Shown piece after piece: positions 25,854 through 39,073 of a stretch of 64,000 nt of DNA. The notes beneath the pieces are model-generated. The model was not told the origin of the DNA, made no database searches, and saw only the letters and a program-made list of their open reading frames with translations. Position 1 is the stretch's first letter. Every line of letters begins with the position of its first letter. The position numbers and the translations under genes were made by a program. This stretch comes from Mobula hypostoma (taxonomy: Eukaryota). The stretch is taken from contig NC_086108.1 in the NCBI RefSeq assembly GCF_963921235.1, positions 47,680,001-47,744,000 of the forward strand, read 5' to 3'.

Positions 25854-27704
25854 AAAACAACAGGAATTCTGCAGATGCTGGAAATTCAAGCAACACACAT
25901 AAAAGTTGCTGGTGAACGCAGCAGGCCAGGCAGCATCTCTAGGAAGAGGTGCAGTCGACGTTTCAGGCCGAGACCCTTCGTCAGGACTAACTGAAGGAAG
26001 AGTGAGTAAGGGATTTGAAAGTTGGAGGGGGAGGGGGAGATCCTAAATGATAGGAGAAGACAGGAGGGGGAGGGATGGAGCCAAGAGCTGGACAGGTGAG
26101 AGGCAAAAGGGATACGAGAGGATCATGGGACAGGAGGTCCGGGAAGAAAGACAAGGGGGGGGGACCCAGAGGATGGGCAAAGGGTATATTCAGAGGGACA
26201 GAGGGAGAAAAAGGAGAGTGAGAGGAAGAACGTGTGTATAAAAATAAGTAACAGATGGGGTACGAGGGGGATGTGGGGCATAGGCGGAAGAGGAGTCGAT
26301 GTTCATGCCATCAGGTTGGAGGCTACCCAGACGAAATATGAGGTGTTCCTCCAACCTGAGTGTGGCTTCATCTTTACAGTAGAGGAGGCCGTGATAGACA
26401 TGTCAGAATGGGAATGGGATGTGGAATTAAAATGTGTGGCCACTGGGAGATCCTGCTTTCTCTGGCGGACAGAGCATAAGTGTTCAGCAAAGCGGTCTCC
26501 CAGTCTGCGTCGGGTCTCGCCAATATATAAAAGGCCGCATCGGGAGCACCGGACGCAGTATATCACCCCAGCTGACTCACAGGTGAAGTGTTGCCTCACC
26601 TGGAAGGACTGTTTGGGGCCCTGAATGGTGGTAAGGGAGGAAGTGTAAGGGCATGTGTAGCACTTGTTCCGCTTACACGGATAAGTGCCAGGAGGGAGAT
26701 CAGTGGGGAGGGATGGGGGGGACGAATGGACAAGGGAGTTGCGTAGGGAGCGATCCCTGCGGAATGCAGGGGTGGGGGAGGGAAAGATGTGCTTAGTGGT
26801 GGGATCCCGTTGGAGGTGGCGGAAGATATGGAGAATAATATGTTGGACCCGGAGGCTGGTGGGGTGGTAGGTGAGGACCAGGGGAACCCTATTCCTAGTA
26901 GGGTGGCGGGAGGATGGAGTGAGAGCAGATGTACGTGAAATGAGGGAGATGCGTTTAAGAGCAGAGTTGATAGTGGAGGAAGGGAAGCCCCTTTCTTTAA
27001 AAAATGAAGACACCTCCCTCGTCCTAGAATGAAAAGCCTCATCCTGAGAGCAGATGCGGCGGAGACGGAGGAATTGCGAGAAGGGGATGGCGTTTTTGCA
27101 AGAGACAGGGTGAGAAGAGGAATAGTCCAGATAGCTGTGAGAGTCAGTAGGCTTATAGTAGACATCAGTGGATAAGCTGTCTCCAGAGACAGAGACAGAA
27201 AGATCTAGAAAGGGGAGGGAGGTGTCGGAAATGGACCAGGTAAACTTGAGGGCAGGGTGAAAGTTGGAGGCAAAGTTAATAAAGTCAACGAGCTCTGCAT
27301 GCGTGCAGGAAGCAGCAGGATGCCCCACCTCCCCCTCGTACCCCATCTGTTACTTATTTTTATACGCACATTCTTTCTCTCACTCTCCTTTTTCTCCCTC
27401 TGTCCCTCTGAATATACCCCTTGCCCATTCTCTGGGTCCCCCCCCCCGCCTCCTTGTCTTTCTTCCCGGACCTCCTGTCCCATGATCTCGTATCCCTTTT
27501 GCCTATCACCTGTCCAGCTCTTGGCTCCATCCCTTCCCCTCCTGTCTTCTCCTATCATTTTGGATCTCCCCTTCCCCCTCCAACTTTCAAATCCCTTACT
27601 CACTCTTCCTTCAGTTAGTCTTGACGAAGGGTCTCGGCCTGAAACGTCGACTGCACCTCTTCCTAGACATGCTGCCTGGCCTGCTGCGTTCACCAGCAAC
27701 TTTT
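25854..27704 (-). mobile_element. Penelope-like retroelement (RT C-terminus + GIY-YIG endonuclease) with inverted copy of its 3' region
   Basis: ORF 26303..27346 has CKRNKCYTC and VIYCVRCSRCGLLYIGETRRRLGDRFAEHL (GIY-YIG); ~27320-27704 is the reverse complement of ~25899-26282; 12-bp TSD acatttaatacc at 25842-25853 and 27705-27716. Confidence 0.93.
25953..25988 (-). ncRNA. Minimal type I hammerhead ribozyme motif, intact
   Basis: Minus strand AGTC-CTGACGA-AGGGTCTCGGCCT-GAAA-CG-TC-GACT: helix I AGTC/GACT, CUGANGA and GAAA boxes, stem II AGG/CCT, palindromic ACGT in place of helix III, GUC cleavage triplet. Confidence 0.8.
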
Positions 27705-27716
27705 ACATTTAATACC

Positions 27717-29347
27717 TAGTCTATTCCACTCTTTAAAAACTACATCAGTCAAAGAAGGTTTAAAAAAAATTAGAAAAAATGGGACTAGAGAGTGAAAAAC
27801 CAAATAACCCAAAGAATTTTCTGAATTGTAACCAAATTCTCAAAGAATGTTTAACTACATATTTATCAGTTAAATTAATTAAGGATAGAGGAATCGAAGA
27901 ACCAAGAAGAGAAATAATAGAAAATTTATTAACAGAATTAACTTCTGAAGAAGCCCAAACCGGACAGTCTTCACAGTTAGTGTAGTATAACCAAAACGTA
28001 AGGTAGCATATGTTGACTGCCCAGTAGTAAAACCTAAAATTGGGTAGGGCTAATCCCCATTTTTTTTTAGTTTTCTGACGATGAACTTTGTTTAGTCGGG
28101 GGGCGGGGGGGCGTTTATTCTTCCATAAGTAAGAAGATATAATCGAATCCAAACAGTCAAAAAAGGATTTAGGAATAAAAACAGGTAGGGCTTGAAATAA
28201 ATATAAAAATTTAGGCAAAATATTCATTTTAATAGAATTAATACATCCAATCAGCAATAAAGAAAGGGGAGACCAATTTGATAGTACCTTCTTAACGTAA
28301 TCCAAAAGAGTAATAAAGTTTTCTTTGAAAAGAAATTTATAATTCCTAGTAATTGTTGTACCCAAATAAGTAAATTGATTTCTTACAATTTTAAAAGGAA
28401 GGTCAGAGTTGACTGATAACAAATTATTCAAAGGAAAAAGTTCACTCTTATGAAAACTAAGTTTATATCCTGAGAACTGACTAAATTCAGAAAGTAAAGA
28501 GAGTATTGAAGGTAGGGAGGACTCCACGTTAGAGACGTACAGCAAAAGGTCATCGGCATAAAGCGACACCTTATGAGTGATACCCCTCCTTAAAATACCC
28601 GTGATGTCAACGGATTCACGAAACACGATGGCTAAAGGCTCTAAAGCCAAATCAAAAAGCAAAGGACTCAAAGGACATCCTTGTCTGGTTCCACGTTGGA
28701 GTTTAAATGGCTTAGAACTCTGAGAGTTAGTAAGAACCTGTGCAGTGGGAGATGAATAAAGTAATTTAATCCATTGAATAAAATTGGACCCAAATTTAAT
28801 TTTTTCTAATATTTTAAATAAATAATTCCTTTTAATCCGGTCAAAGGCTTTCTCAGTATCCAAAGAAATCATTCATTCTGAAGTTTCTTTAGAGGGAGAA
28901 TAAATAACATTCAGTAAATGACGAATGTTCAAATGAGAATTACGATTTTTAATAAACCCGGTCTGGTCATCAGAGATAATAAAAGGCAGAATGTTTTCCA
29001 TCCTATGAGCCAAAAGTTTAGATAAAATTTTAGCGTCAACATTAAGTAAAGAAATGGGTCTGTAGGAAGAGCAATCAGTTGGATCTTTATTCTTGAAATA
29101 GGGGAGTCATAAAAAGATTGTGGCAACCTACCTAATTTAAAAGGGTCAGAAAGGACAGAAAGTAAGCGAGGAATAAGCAAAGGAACAAAAGCCTTATAGA
29201 ACTCTCTAGAAAATCCGTCAGGACCGGGGGCCTTCCCCGACCTCAGAGAATAGACAACCCCGGCAATTTCCTCAAAGAAAAAGGTTGATCTAACCATTTT
29301 CGATTAACCTCAGAAAGTGAGGGAATATTTAAATGATCTAGAAAATT
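27717..29347 (-). pseudogene. L1-clade LINE ORF2 reverse transcriptase region
   Basis: ORF 28929..29297 (GKAPGPDGF) and ORF 27760..28872 (SLDTEKAFDR, RGTRQGCPLSPLLF, SLYADDLL, SGYKL); frameshifted. Confidence 0.93.
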
Positions 29348-29359
29348 ATTCATAGCAAA

Positions 29360-30332
29360 TCACATCAAAGTTGCTGGTGAATGCAGCAGGCCAGGCAGCA
29401 TCTGTAGGAAGAAGTGCAGTCGACGTTTCAGGCCGAGACCCTTCGTCAGGACTAACTGAAGGAAGAGTGAGTAAGGGATTTGAAAGTTGGAGGGGGAGGG
29501 GGAGATCCAAAATGATAGGAGAAGACAGGAGGGGGAGGGATAGAGCCAAGAGCTGGACAGGTGATAGGCAAAAGGGGATACGAGAGGATCATGGGACAGG
29601 AGGTCCGGGAAGAAAGCCAAGGGTGGGGGGACCCAGAGGATGGGCAAGAGGTATATTCAGAGGGACAGAGGGAGAAAAAGGAGAGTGAGAGAAAGAATGT
29701 GTGCATAAAAATAAATAATAGATGGGGTACGAGGGGGAGGTGGGGCCTTAGCGGAAGTTAGAGAAGTCGATGTTCATGCCATCAGGTTGGAGGCTACCCA
29801 GACGGAATATAAGGTGTTGTTCCTCCAACCTGAGTGTGGCTTCATCTTTACAGTAGAGGAGGCCGTGGATAGACATGTCAGAATGGGAATGGGATGTGGA
29901 ATTAAAATGTGTGGCCACTGGGAGATCCTGCTTTCTCTGGCGGACAGAGCGTAGGTGTTCAGCAAAGCGGTCTCCCAGTCTGCGTTGGGTCTCGCCAATA
30001 TATAAAAAGCCACATCGGGAGCACCGGACGCAGTATATCACCCCAGTCGACTCACAGGTGAAGTGTTGCCTCACCTGGAAGGACTGGGGGCCCTGAATGG
30101 TGGTAAGGGAGGAAGTGTAAGGGCATGTGTAGCACTTGTTCCGCTTACACGGATAAGTGCCAGGAGGGAGATCAGTGGGGAGGGATGGGGGGGACAAATG
30201 GACAAGGGAGTTGCGTAGGGAGCGATCCCTGCGGAATGCAGAGAGGGGGGGGAGGGAAAGATGTGCTTAGTGGTGGGATCCCGTTGGAGGAGGCGGAAGT
30301 TACGGAGAATAATATGTTGGACCCGGAGGCTG
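29360..30332 (-). mobile_element. Penelope-like element 3' fragment (GIY-YIG domain + tail) inserted in L1 ORF2
   Basis: ORF 29748..30197 has an uninterrupted GIY-YIG C-terminus (..YIGET..EEQHLIFRLGSLQPDGMNIDFSNFR); 12-bp TSD attcatagcaaa at 29348-29359 and 30333-30344. Confidence 0.93.
29418..29453 (-). ncRNA. Minimal type I hammerhead ribozyme motif, intact
   Basis: Same 36-mer as 25953-25988 (plus strand agtcgacgtttcaggccgagacccttcgtcaggact). Confidence 0.8.
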
Positions 30333-30344
30333 ATTCATAGCAAA

Positions 30345-31629
30345 ATTGGCTTTAGGGGAATGGGAACTATACAGTTTAGAGTAAAATTCTCTATAAGTAT
30401 CATTTATTTCTAATTGCTCAGAAGTTATATCACCATTCGCTTTGGAGATTTCCTTAATTTGACGTTTAACTGTTAAAGTTTTAAGTTGATTAGCCAAAAG
30501 TTTGCCCGTTTTATCACCATGAACATAAAATTGACTTTTATCTTTTAAAAGTTGAGTTTCAACAGGGTAAGTTAAGAACAGATCATATTTAGTTTTAACT
30601 TCCACACGTCTTTTATATAAGACGGGATCTGGATCAGAAGCATATTTTTGATCAAAATGTTTCAGCTGATTGGCTAAGTCAGTTCTCTCCTTTTTAGCTT
30701 TTCTCTTAATACTTGCTGTATAGGAAATAATTTGGCCTCTAATATAAGCCTTGAAAGCATCCCAAATAATGCTAGAAATGCCATCTAGCATATTCTCTTC
30801 AAAGAAAAAAGTAATTTGACTCTCTAAAAATTGTAAAAAAAAACCTTATCTGATAGTAAAACTGGATTAAAATGCCGAAATCTGTTTGATCGAGAAACCC
30901 CCGGAAGATTTAAAGATAAAAAAATGGGGGCATGATCTGAAACAGCAATTTCTTTTATAATCACAGGATTGAACAGAGGGTATCAAATGACTATTGACAA
31001 AAAAAAAATCCTGGAATAGGTATGATGAACATGAGAAAAAAAGAAATATTCTCTACTTGTTGGGTATAAAAAAAAATGCCGAACATCAATATTGTCACAT
31101 TTCATTAGAAAAGATTGGATATAGGAGGCAGATCTAATAATATTCAATCGTTTCAAAGATGAACGGTCTAAAACAGGGTCAAGACAGCAATTAAAATCAA
31201 TTCCCAAGATTAAAGAGTACAAATTTAAGTCTGGTAAAAAAGGAAAAAAAGTTCAAAAAAGCCGGGGCATGGGATCATCTATATGCGGAGCATAGAGATT
31301 AGCAAAAACCATTAGTTTTGTCTAATTTCCCTGAGACTATAACGAACCGCCCATTGGGGTCAGACATTACATCATGTTGAACAAAAGCAACTGAATTGTC
31401 AATCAAAATCGAAGTACCTCTGGCCTTGGCTTGAAAGGAAGAATGAAAAGCTAGACCATTCCAACGTTTGAACAAATATCCACAGTCAGATCTGCGAACA
31501 TGTGTCTCTTGCTAAAAAAAAAATAATTGAGGCATTCAATTTCTTAATATAGGTAAAAATGTTATTGCATTTCACAGGGTGGTTTAAATCTTTCACATTT
31601 AAACTAAGAAAATCAATATTGTATACCAT
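30345..31629 (-). pseudogene. L1-clade LINE ORF2 APE endonuclease and linker
   Basis: Starts MVYNIDFLSLNVKDLNHPVK at 31629; GIDFNCCLD, HHTYSRI and SDHAP (near 30925-30940) endonuclease motifs; WDAFKAYIRG in ORF 30300..30791. Confidence 0.88.
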
Positions 31630-32409
31630 TTAAATGTGTTCAAAACAGAGGTTAAACATATAAACCATTGGAATATACCAAAAATCCAAACCTTAATATT
31701 CAAAATACTTAACCAAGCAATAGATGAGGCGGGGATAACCAAATAATTGATAAAAAGGAAAAAAAAGCCCACTCCCGTCCACTCCCCTCCCAAAGAAAAA
31801 AATCACCCAAGAGAGGGCGGAAGCTGATCTACTGATAAATCCCACCCCTGACATCCTACTGGCAGGGCTCCTAGAGAAGAAAAGATTAGTACAGAATGAA
31901 TTCCAACCTAGACTAAATAACCTTCAGAAGAACTAAAAAAAAAATTCAAACATAATGTTTGCAAAAAAATAATTACAAAGAAAACTTACTGAAGTTAAAT
32001 CTATTAATTTCCTAAACAGAAAAAATAAAAAACGAGAAGAAAAAGAAGAATTATTTATGAAAATATATGGAAAGAAAGAAGTAATAAAGAAATGAACTGC
32101 ACAATTGCAGCGAATTGATCAGTCAAACTGAGGGAACAAGGTTATATGAAGCAGAAATAAACATTTAAACTGCTGGAGTTGATAGACTAAATATTATTCA
32201 GAAGAGCTAAAGAAGAGTTCAAAATGTTGAAAAAAATTAACTCAGCAAAGAAAATACGATAAGAACAGAAACTAATTATAAGAGTATACGAGAATAGAAG
32301 AGAGAATTGTTCCAAAAAAAACGTACTAAACCATTAGATTGCAAACTTCCAACAACAAAGAATCCGTCAAGGTAAGGAAGCATAATTTATATGATACAGT
32401 ATTAAACAG

Positions 32410-33207
32410 TTAGTCTTCTAGACTTGATTTGGCCTGAAGAAAATCGTGCACTTCCTCAACTGAAAGAAACCGCTTAGGAGATCCATTTTCCAAAATGATC
32501 CTGAGGTGAGCGGGGTAATTTAGTGAAGGTTTATAGCCTTTGTTACATAACTCCGCCATGACCTTCATTTAATACCTCAGGCGAATAATCTTTGATCAGC
32601 CTTATCTTATAATCTTCAAAGTTAATCATACCTAACCGATGAGATTGGCGAATTATAGAAACCTTAGTTTGGAAGTGATGAAAAGCAATTATCACAGGTC
32701 GAGGTTTTTGTTGAGAAGTGGGTCTAAACCCTGGGAGTCGGTGCACCCGGTCCATTCTTGGTGGAGTATCCAAAACATCAGAAAACAAATGAGCCAACAG
32801 ATTTGCAAAAAATTCTGAAGGTCGCTTGCCTTCGACCAACTCAGGAAGACCCTAAATTCGTATATTGTTCCTTCTTGATCTATTCTCCAAAGCGACAATC
32901 TTTTGTCTTAAAGATTCAACAATTTTTGATTGTTTATCTCCTAACTTTTCCAATTCATCCATCTTGGTATCCAGTCTGGTTAAAGCATCTTCACGTTCTT
33001 GAATCTGAGTAGTATGTTCCTGTAAAGTTTTTTGATAAGTCTGCAGCAGAATCTCCATTCGTTTAAGCTCTGTGGTAACTTTTAAACATACATCTGAAAG
33101 TTGTTAAGATGTTTCACTCTGAGCTTTCCGAATTAACTCTGCAATAGCTTCCATAGTCACAAAAGGATCCTCTTCTTTTTTTTTTAAGAAGTTTTAGCAC
33201 GAGACAT
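32410..33207 (-). pseudogene. L1-clade LINE ORF1 (coiled coil + RRM-type), disrupted
   Basis: ORF 32852..33058 ends LENRSRRNNIRI and ORF 32543..32839 has MDRVHR..PRPVIIAFHHFQTK..DYSPEV, typical of fish L1 ORF1p; putative 5' UTR extends to about 33312. Confidence 0.88.
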
Positions 33208-34840
33208 CATAATACTCCAAAAGTAAGTTTTCAAAGCAGGTTAGGTTCAGTAATTTAAAAAGAACAGAGCTGTTCGAGAAACACGTCTACTCCATGCAAT
33301 GCCAGTAGGAGGAGATGTATTTTTGCTTTTAAGATAGCCTTCCATAAGTCATAACCTAGACTTCTTGTGTAGTTCTGGATCACCAGTCTTGAATGCCATA
33401 GACCTAACCCTCAGCAGACTAAGAATCTCCGGGTTCATCTATGGCTTTTGATTTGGGTATGTCCAATATGTTCTCAATACACTCATCCACACAGGTTTCG
33501 ATGAGGTTAGTGACAATTGTGGCATATTCATTCAGGCTTATTTTCAAATAAAGGGTTATATTGAAAACTGTGGAATAAAATGACACTATTTGTTATACTA
33601 AATACTTCATACTATTTAAGAGCTCAACTAATTCGAACAGAAGCTAACAGGAACCTCATGTTGTTCTATTGAACTGAACTCTTGCCATATCCTCTCATAA
33701 TCTGCTGCTCCAGTGGGTTGTTCACATTTCTAAACACAAATACTAGAAAAGTTGTTTTTTTAGAAATTTGCATCATGTAGCAATTGCTTCAGATGTTAAC
33801 CACTGAAGGTAATGTTCACCTTAAAAGTATTTGGTCTCTTGTTTTAGCAGGACTGACACAGAGAAAAACCAAGTGGTCACATTCTGTTTCAATTAATACC
33901 TTAATCAAGGGAAGATAGAGGATTAGATAATAAGGATATTTGCCCCAGCCCTTTTCCTTTACCTACACATTTGGAAGCCTCTTTATCATGTCTTAGGTGC
34001 AATATGGAATCAATTGACTACCTCACTCCATCCCCAATTAAATGTTTGAATTCAGTATTCTAGTTTTCCTTCTGCAGATATTTATGTAGCTTTAATTGGA
34101 TAGATGTTGGTTTGTTCAATTTATTCATGTTCAAAATCATGTTATAAGCATCCAAAGCAGTATAACTTGATGAGCTTATTTATGCAGATTATGCACCAAG
34201 GAATCCAAACATAGTAATGAAACAAATGAATAGAATGGGAGAGAACAAATTAATACTGGGAAATAAAGCCAATAGATTATCAGGTCTGTGCCAGAGAAAT
34301 TCTTGCATAATTACTGAACCAAGGATTTCAAATTAAAGAGTTTTTATAATTTGGTGTAGGTCCAGATCGGAGAAGCATTGTAAATTAAATTCTACTCTTC
34401 CTAAAACAAAAACAAATTCCACAAAGTCAAGAGTTTAAATATTTAGTTGCCTATGTCATCTATTGTTTTTGGATTGTTAGCTACATAGTTTGTAACATTT
34501 GATTCTCACATAGGTGCTCCTTAATCTTTCACTAATCCATCCTAATACTAGTACACATTTGAAATCCCTCGTCAAGTTCGAGCATTTAGAGTAGTACAAT
34601 AAGTTATAGCAGAGGCAAACATTGAAAGCTCTTTCTAGAATTGTGTATGTCCCACTCTGGCACTTCAAATTCTAATTGTAAGCTTTTAGTTTAATACTTC
34701 CAAACAATCTTGTTTTCTTCTACCGTATGTTCATCCAAGTATAAAAAATAGTTTATAAAAGATTATCATAAAACATTGAACCCAAAACAAAAAAAAAATG
34801 CTCTAATTGTAGGTTGGTCAGCTTATCCATAACTTGTCTA

Positions 34841-35875
34841 GTCAAGTCAAGTCAAGTCAGGTCAAGTTTATTGTCATTTAACTGTATACATGTATAGCAT
34901 CAAATGAGACAAAGTTTCTGCGAACCAGGGTGTAAAACACAGTAGTACACATATAACGCACAATAACTTATTAAGGATAAAATCTACAGATGAATTACCC
35001 ATAAATAAAGTAAAGTTCATAAAATAAATATTGTAAGGTGTAGAACAGATTGATCGGTGGCATTTCGACGTGGCAGGGAGTTCAAGAAGCCTATTGGCCT
35101 GAGGGAAGAAACTGTTTCTCATCTTGACTGTTCTTGTTTTTATGCAATGGAGTCTCCTGCCTGATGGTAGAAAACCAAATAGGACACTAGATAGATGGGT
35201 GGGTTCCTTAATAACACTAAGAGCCCTGCGTACACAGCACTCCTGATAAATGTCCCCGATGGATGGTAGGGAAACCCCCATGATCCTTTCAGTTGTTCTC
35301 ACAGCCCTTTGTAGGGACTTGCAGTCTGATGCTTTGCTGCTCCCATACCAGATGGAGATGCAACTTGGCAGGATGCTCTCAATGGTGCTCCTATAAAATT
35401 CATTTAGATGGGGGTGAGGGAGGAGCCTTGCTTGCTTCCTTGCAAGTGAAGGTGCTGCTATGCCTTCTTGTTCAGGGAGGTGATATAAAGGGACTAGATG
35501 AGGTCATGTGAGATGTGAACTCTCAGGACATTGGTGCACTTAACTCTCTCTATGGAGGAGCCATGTATTTGAAGAGTGGGATGGTTTATCTGCACCTTCC
35601 TGAAGTCTACAATGATTTCCTTGGTCTTCTCCATGTTCAGACTTGGGTTGTTCTTCACACCAATCCACCAGCCCCTCCACTTCCTCTGTTCTCAATCTCA
35701 TCATCGTTATTGATAAGGCCAACTACTGTAGTGTCATCTGCAAACTTAATGACACGATTTGAGCTGAATCCTGTGACATAGTCATGAGTCAGCAGTGTGA
35801 ACAACAACAGGCTGAGCACATAGCCTTGTGGAGCATCAGTGCTCAGTGTAACAGGACTAGAGAGGTTGCTAACAT
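34841..35875 (-). mobile_element. Rex1/Babar-type LINE 3' part, older
   Basis: ORFs 35655..35888 (APQGYVLS, KFADDTTVVGLI) and 34874..35302 (LPSGRR..RNSFFPQA); (GTCAA)n terminal microsatellite at 34841-34866. Confidence 0.85.
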
Positions 35876-36169
35876 TGTAGAAACCCAAGGATGAATTCTA
35901 AAACAGATTGGAAGTTGGGAAGTATGATCCAGCCGTTCCATTCCTGTCACATCCCTTCTCCTACAGTTCCCAAGATTACTATGTTTATTTCTTCAAACCA
36001 GAGAACTTCATGGCGAGAGAATGTGCAAAATAATGCAAAACAAAATTTTGTGGAAGTTCCATTGAATTTCCTATTAATAATTGCTAATGTGGTTCATTGT
36101 CTTCCCACAAAACTTGTATATTTTCTCTCTCAAGAATTCTGTAATTCCTTTAATTTCTGAGTAGCATGT

Positions 36170-36470
36170 GAACATAAGAAATAGGAGTAGGAGTAGGCCA
36201 TCCAGCCCGTCGAGCCTGCCCTGCCATTCAATAAAATCATGGCTGATCTGTCCGTAAGCTCAGCTCCTTCTACCTGCCTTTTCCCCATAACCCTTAATTC
36301 CCCTACTACGTAAAAATCTACCTAACTGTATCTTAAGTATATTTAGTGAAGAGGCCTCAACTGCTTCCCTGGGCAGAGAATTCCACAGATTCACCACTCT
36401 CTGGGAAAGACAGTTTCTCCTCATCTCAGTCCTAAATCTTCTCCTCTGAATCTTGAGGCAATGTCCCCTT
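36170..36470 (-). mobile_element. CR1 3' end
   Basis: ORF 36260..36475 GHCLKIQRRRFRTEMRRNCLSQRVVNLWNSLP; aacataagaa tail. Confidence 0.85.
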
Positions 36471-36949
36471 TTCAATGATAAACTATTTCAGAGCGAAGAA
36501 GTGCCACCCATCTCAGCCTTTGGGATGGATCTGGTCTTTGCAGATGAAGCTGCATTCACCTCTCAATCTTCTGAGAAATTGCAAATCATCAGAAACATGT
36601 TCTCTGTTGTATGGACCAGATTCAAAAGCAAAAAAACTGCTGTCAGGTGGCAGGGAACTTATATTCTTTGAGCTACTACTCAGTACCAATACCTCACTCA
36701 ACTATGTCATATCACCTTTCACTATTGGGTGACTTTTTGGTACAGCTGCATTTGACATCAACCAATGTTTAATGCTTTTGTCAGCTGTAGGATGGTTTGG
36801 TATTTCAGGACAAGATTGCCATTGTAATGCCCAAGTTAAGATTTCTACTGCTATGCTGTGAGTTACTTTATATTAGCAGTTTTCTGTAAAATCAGTGTGC
36901 TAGTTGGGAAGTGTGTTTTGGTTTCGGCTAAGATAATGTTGTCATCACC

Positions 36950-39073
36950 ATACTTTATATTTTATTGACGCCAAACAATTGATACTAGAACGTACAATCA
37001 TCACAGCGATACTTGATTCTGTGCTTCCCGCTCCCTGGATTACAAATTGATAGTAAATATTAAAAATTTACATTATAAATCATAAATAGAAAATAGAAAA
37101 ATGGAAAGTAAGGTAGTGCAAAAAAACCGAGAGGCAGGTCTGGATATTTGGAGGGCACAGCCCAGATCTGGCTCAGGATCCGTTCAGCAGTCTTATCACA
37201 GTTGGAAAGAAGCTGTTCCCAAATCTGGCCCTACGAGTCTTCAAGCTCCTGAGCCTTCTCCCGGAGGGAAGAGGGATGAAAAGTGTGTTGGCTGAGTGGG
37301 TCATGTCCTTGATTATCCTGGCAGCACTGCTCCGACAGCATGCGGTGTAAAGTGAGTCCAGGACGGAAGATTGGTTTGTGTGATGTGCTGCGCTGTGTTC
37401 ACGATCTTCTGCAGCTTCTTTCGGTCTTGGACAGGACAACTTCCATACCAAGTTGTGATGTACCCTAGTAGAAGGCTTTCTACGGTGCATCTATAAAAAT
37501 TAGTGAGGGTTTTAGGGAACAGGCCAAATTTCGTTAGTTTTCTCTGGAAGTAAAGGCGCTGGTGGGCCTTTTTGGCAGTGGACTGTGCTTGGTTTGGACC
37601 AAGTCAGGTCATTTATGATATTGACCCCGAGGAACTTAAAACTTTTGACCTGTTCCACTTGCGCACCACTGATGTAAATTGGGTCGTGCGGTCCGCTACT
37701 CCTTCTGAAGTCAACAACCCATTCCTTCGTCTTACTGATGTTGAGGGATAGGTCATTGTCTTCGCACCATGCGGTTCTTAGTTTCCTCTCTGTACTCAAA
37801 CTCATCATTACCCGAGATATGGCCTACAATTGTTGTGTCATCAGCAAACTTATATATTGAGTTCAATGGAAACTTGGCTACACAATCATGGGTGTACAGT
37901 GAGTACAGCAGAGGGCTGAGTACACAGCCTTGTGGGGCACCGGTGCTCAGAGCGATTGTAGAGGAAAGCTTGTCCCCTATTTTTATAGCCTGGGTCCTGT
38001 CTGTGAGGAAGTTGAAGATCCAGCTGCAGATCTGAGTGCTAAGGCCCAGGTTCCGGAGCTTAGGAATCAGTTTATTTGGAATGATGGTATTAAAGACAGA
38101 GCTGTAGTCAATGAAAAGGAGCCTTACGTATGCATCTTTATTCTCGGTGTTCTAAGGAGGAATGTAGGGCCAGAGAGATGGCATCTGCCATTGACCTGTT
38201 GCTCCGGTAGGCAAATTGCAATGCATCGAGGTTGACCAGTAGGCTGTGGTTGATGTGTGCCATAACCAATCGCTCAAAGCACTTCATAGCAATTGATGTC
38301 AGAGCCACAGGTCGATAGTCATTCAGGCATGCCACCTTGCTCTTCTTCGGCACTGGGATTATCGTTGCCTTCTTAAAACACGAGGGGATCTTAGACTGAA
38401 GCAAGGAGCAGCTGAAGATGTCAGCAAACACTCCAGCTAGCTCACTTGCACAGGCCCAGAGAACCCGTCCCGGGACGCCATCTGGGCCCGTCGCCTTCCT
38501 TGGAATTATCTTCAGGAAGGCCCTTCTAATGTCCTCCTCGGTGACGATGAATCTCGATGCCACCAGGTCCGGTTCATCCGGAGGGAGCAGGATGCTCCTC
38601 TTCTGTTCGAATCTTGCGTAGGATACGTTAAGTTCGTCAGGAAGAGAAGCGCTACAGTTATTGATATTCCCAGCCTTTTCTTTGTGCCCAGTGATCTCAT
38701 TTAGACCCTGCCATAGTCTACTGGCATCCCTCTGGTTAGCCTGGGCTTCCAACTTGGCTTGATATTGCCTCTTGGCGCCCTTAATGGCTTTCCGGAGTTC
38801 ACGCCTGGATTCCGTGTAGCGACTGGTATCCCCGGACCTAAAAGCCGCAGCTCTAGCCTTTAAAAGGGACTCAACCTCATAATTCGTCCAAGGTTTCCGG
38901 TTAGGGAATACTTGGATCGTCTTGCGAGACACACAGTCCTCCGCACATTTCCAAATAAAGTCCGTGACAGCTGAGGCATACTCATCGAGGTTAGCTGCCG
39001 AGTCTTTGAATACTAACCAGTCCACCAATTCAAAGCAGTCACGGAGGACCTCATCCATTTCCTCCGTCCAACA
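36950..39073 (-). mobile_element. Rex1/Babar-type LINE, 2.1 kb, fairly young
   Basis: ORF 38138..39058 (306 aa; KATGPDGV, PVPKK, LNDYRPVALT, QFAYR) plus downstream RT and C-terminal pieces (ORFs 37512..37808, 37173..37490). Confidence 0.92.

Noticed and set aside
27318..27346. Start codon of the 347-aa Penelope ORF
   Set aside because: The first ~10 codons come from the inverted arm, so this is a chance fusion rather than the native start; the ORF also frameshifts near its C-terminus.
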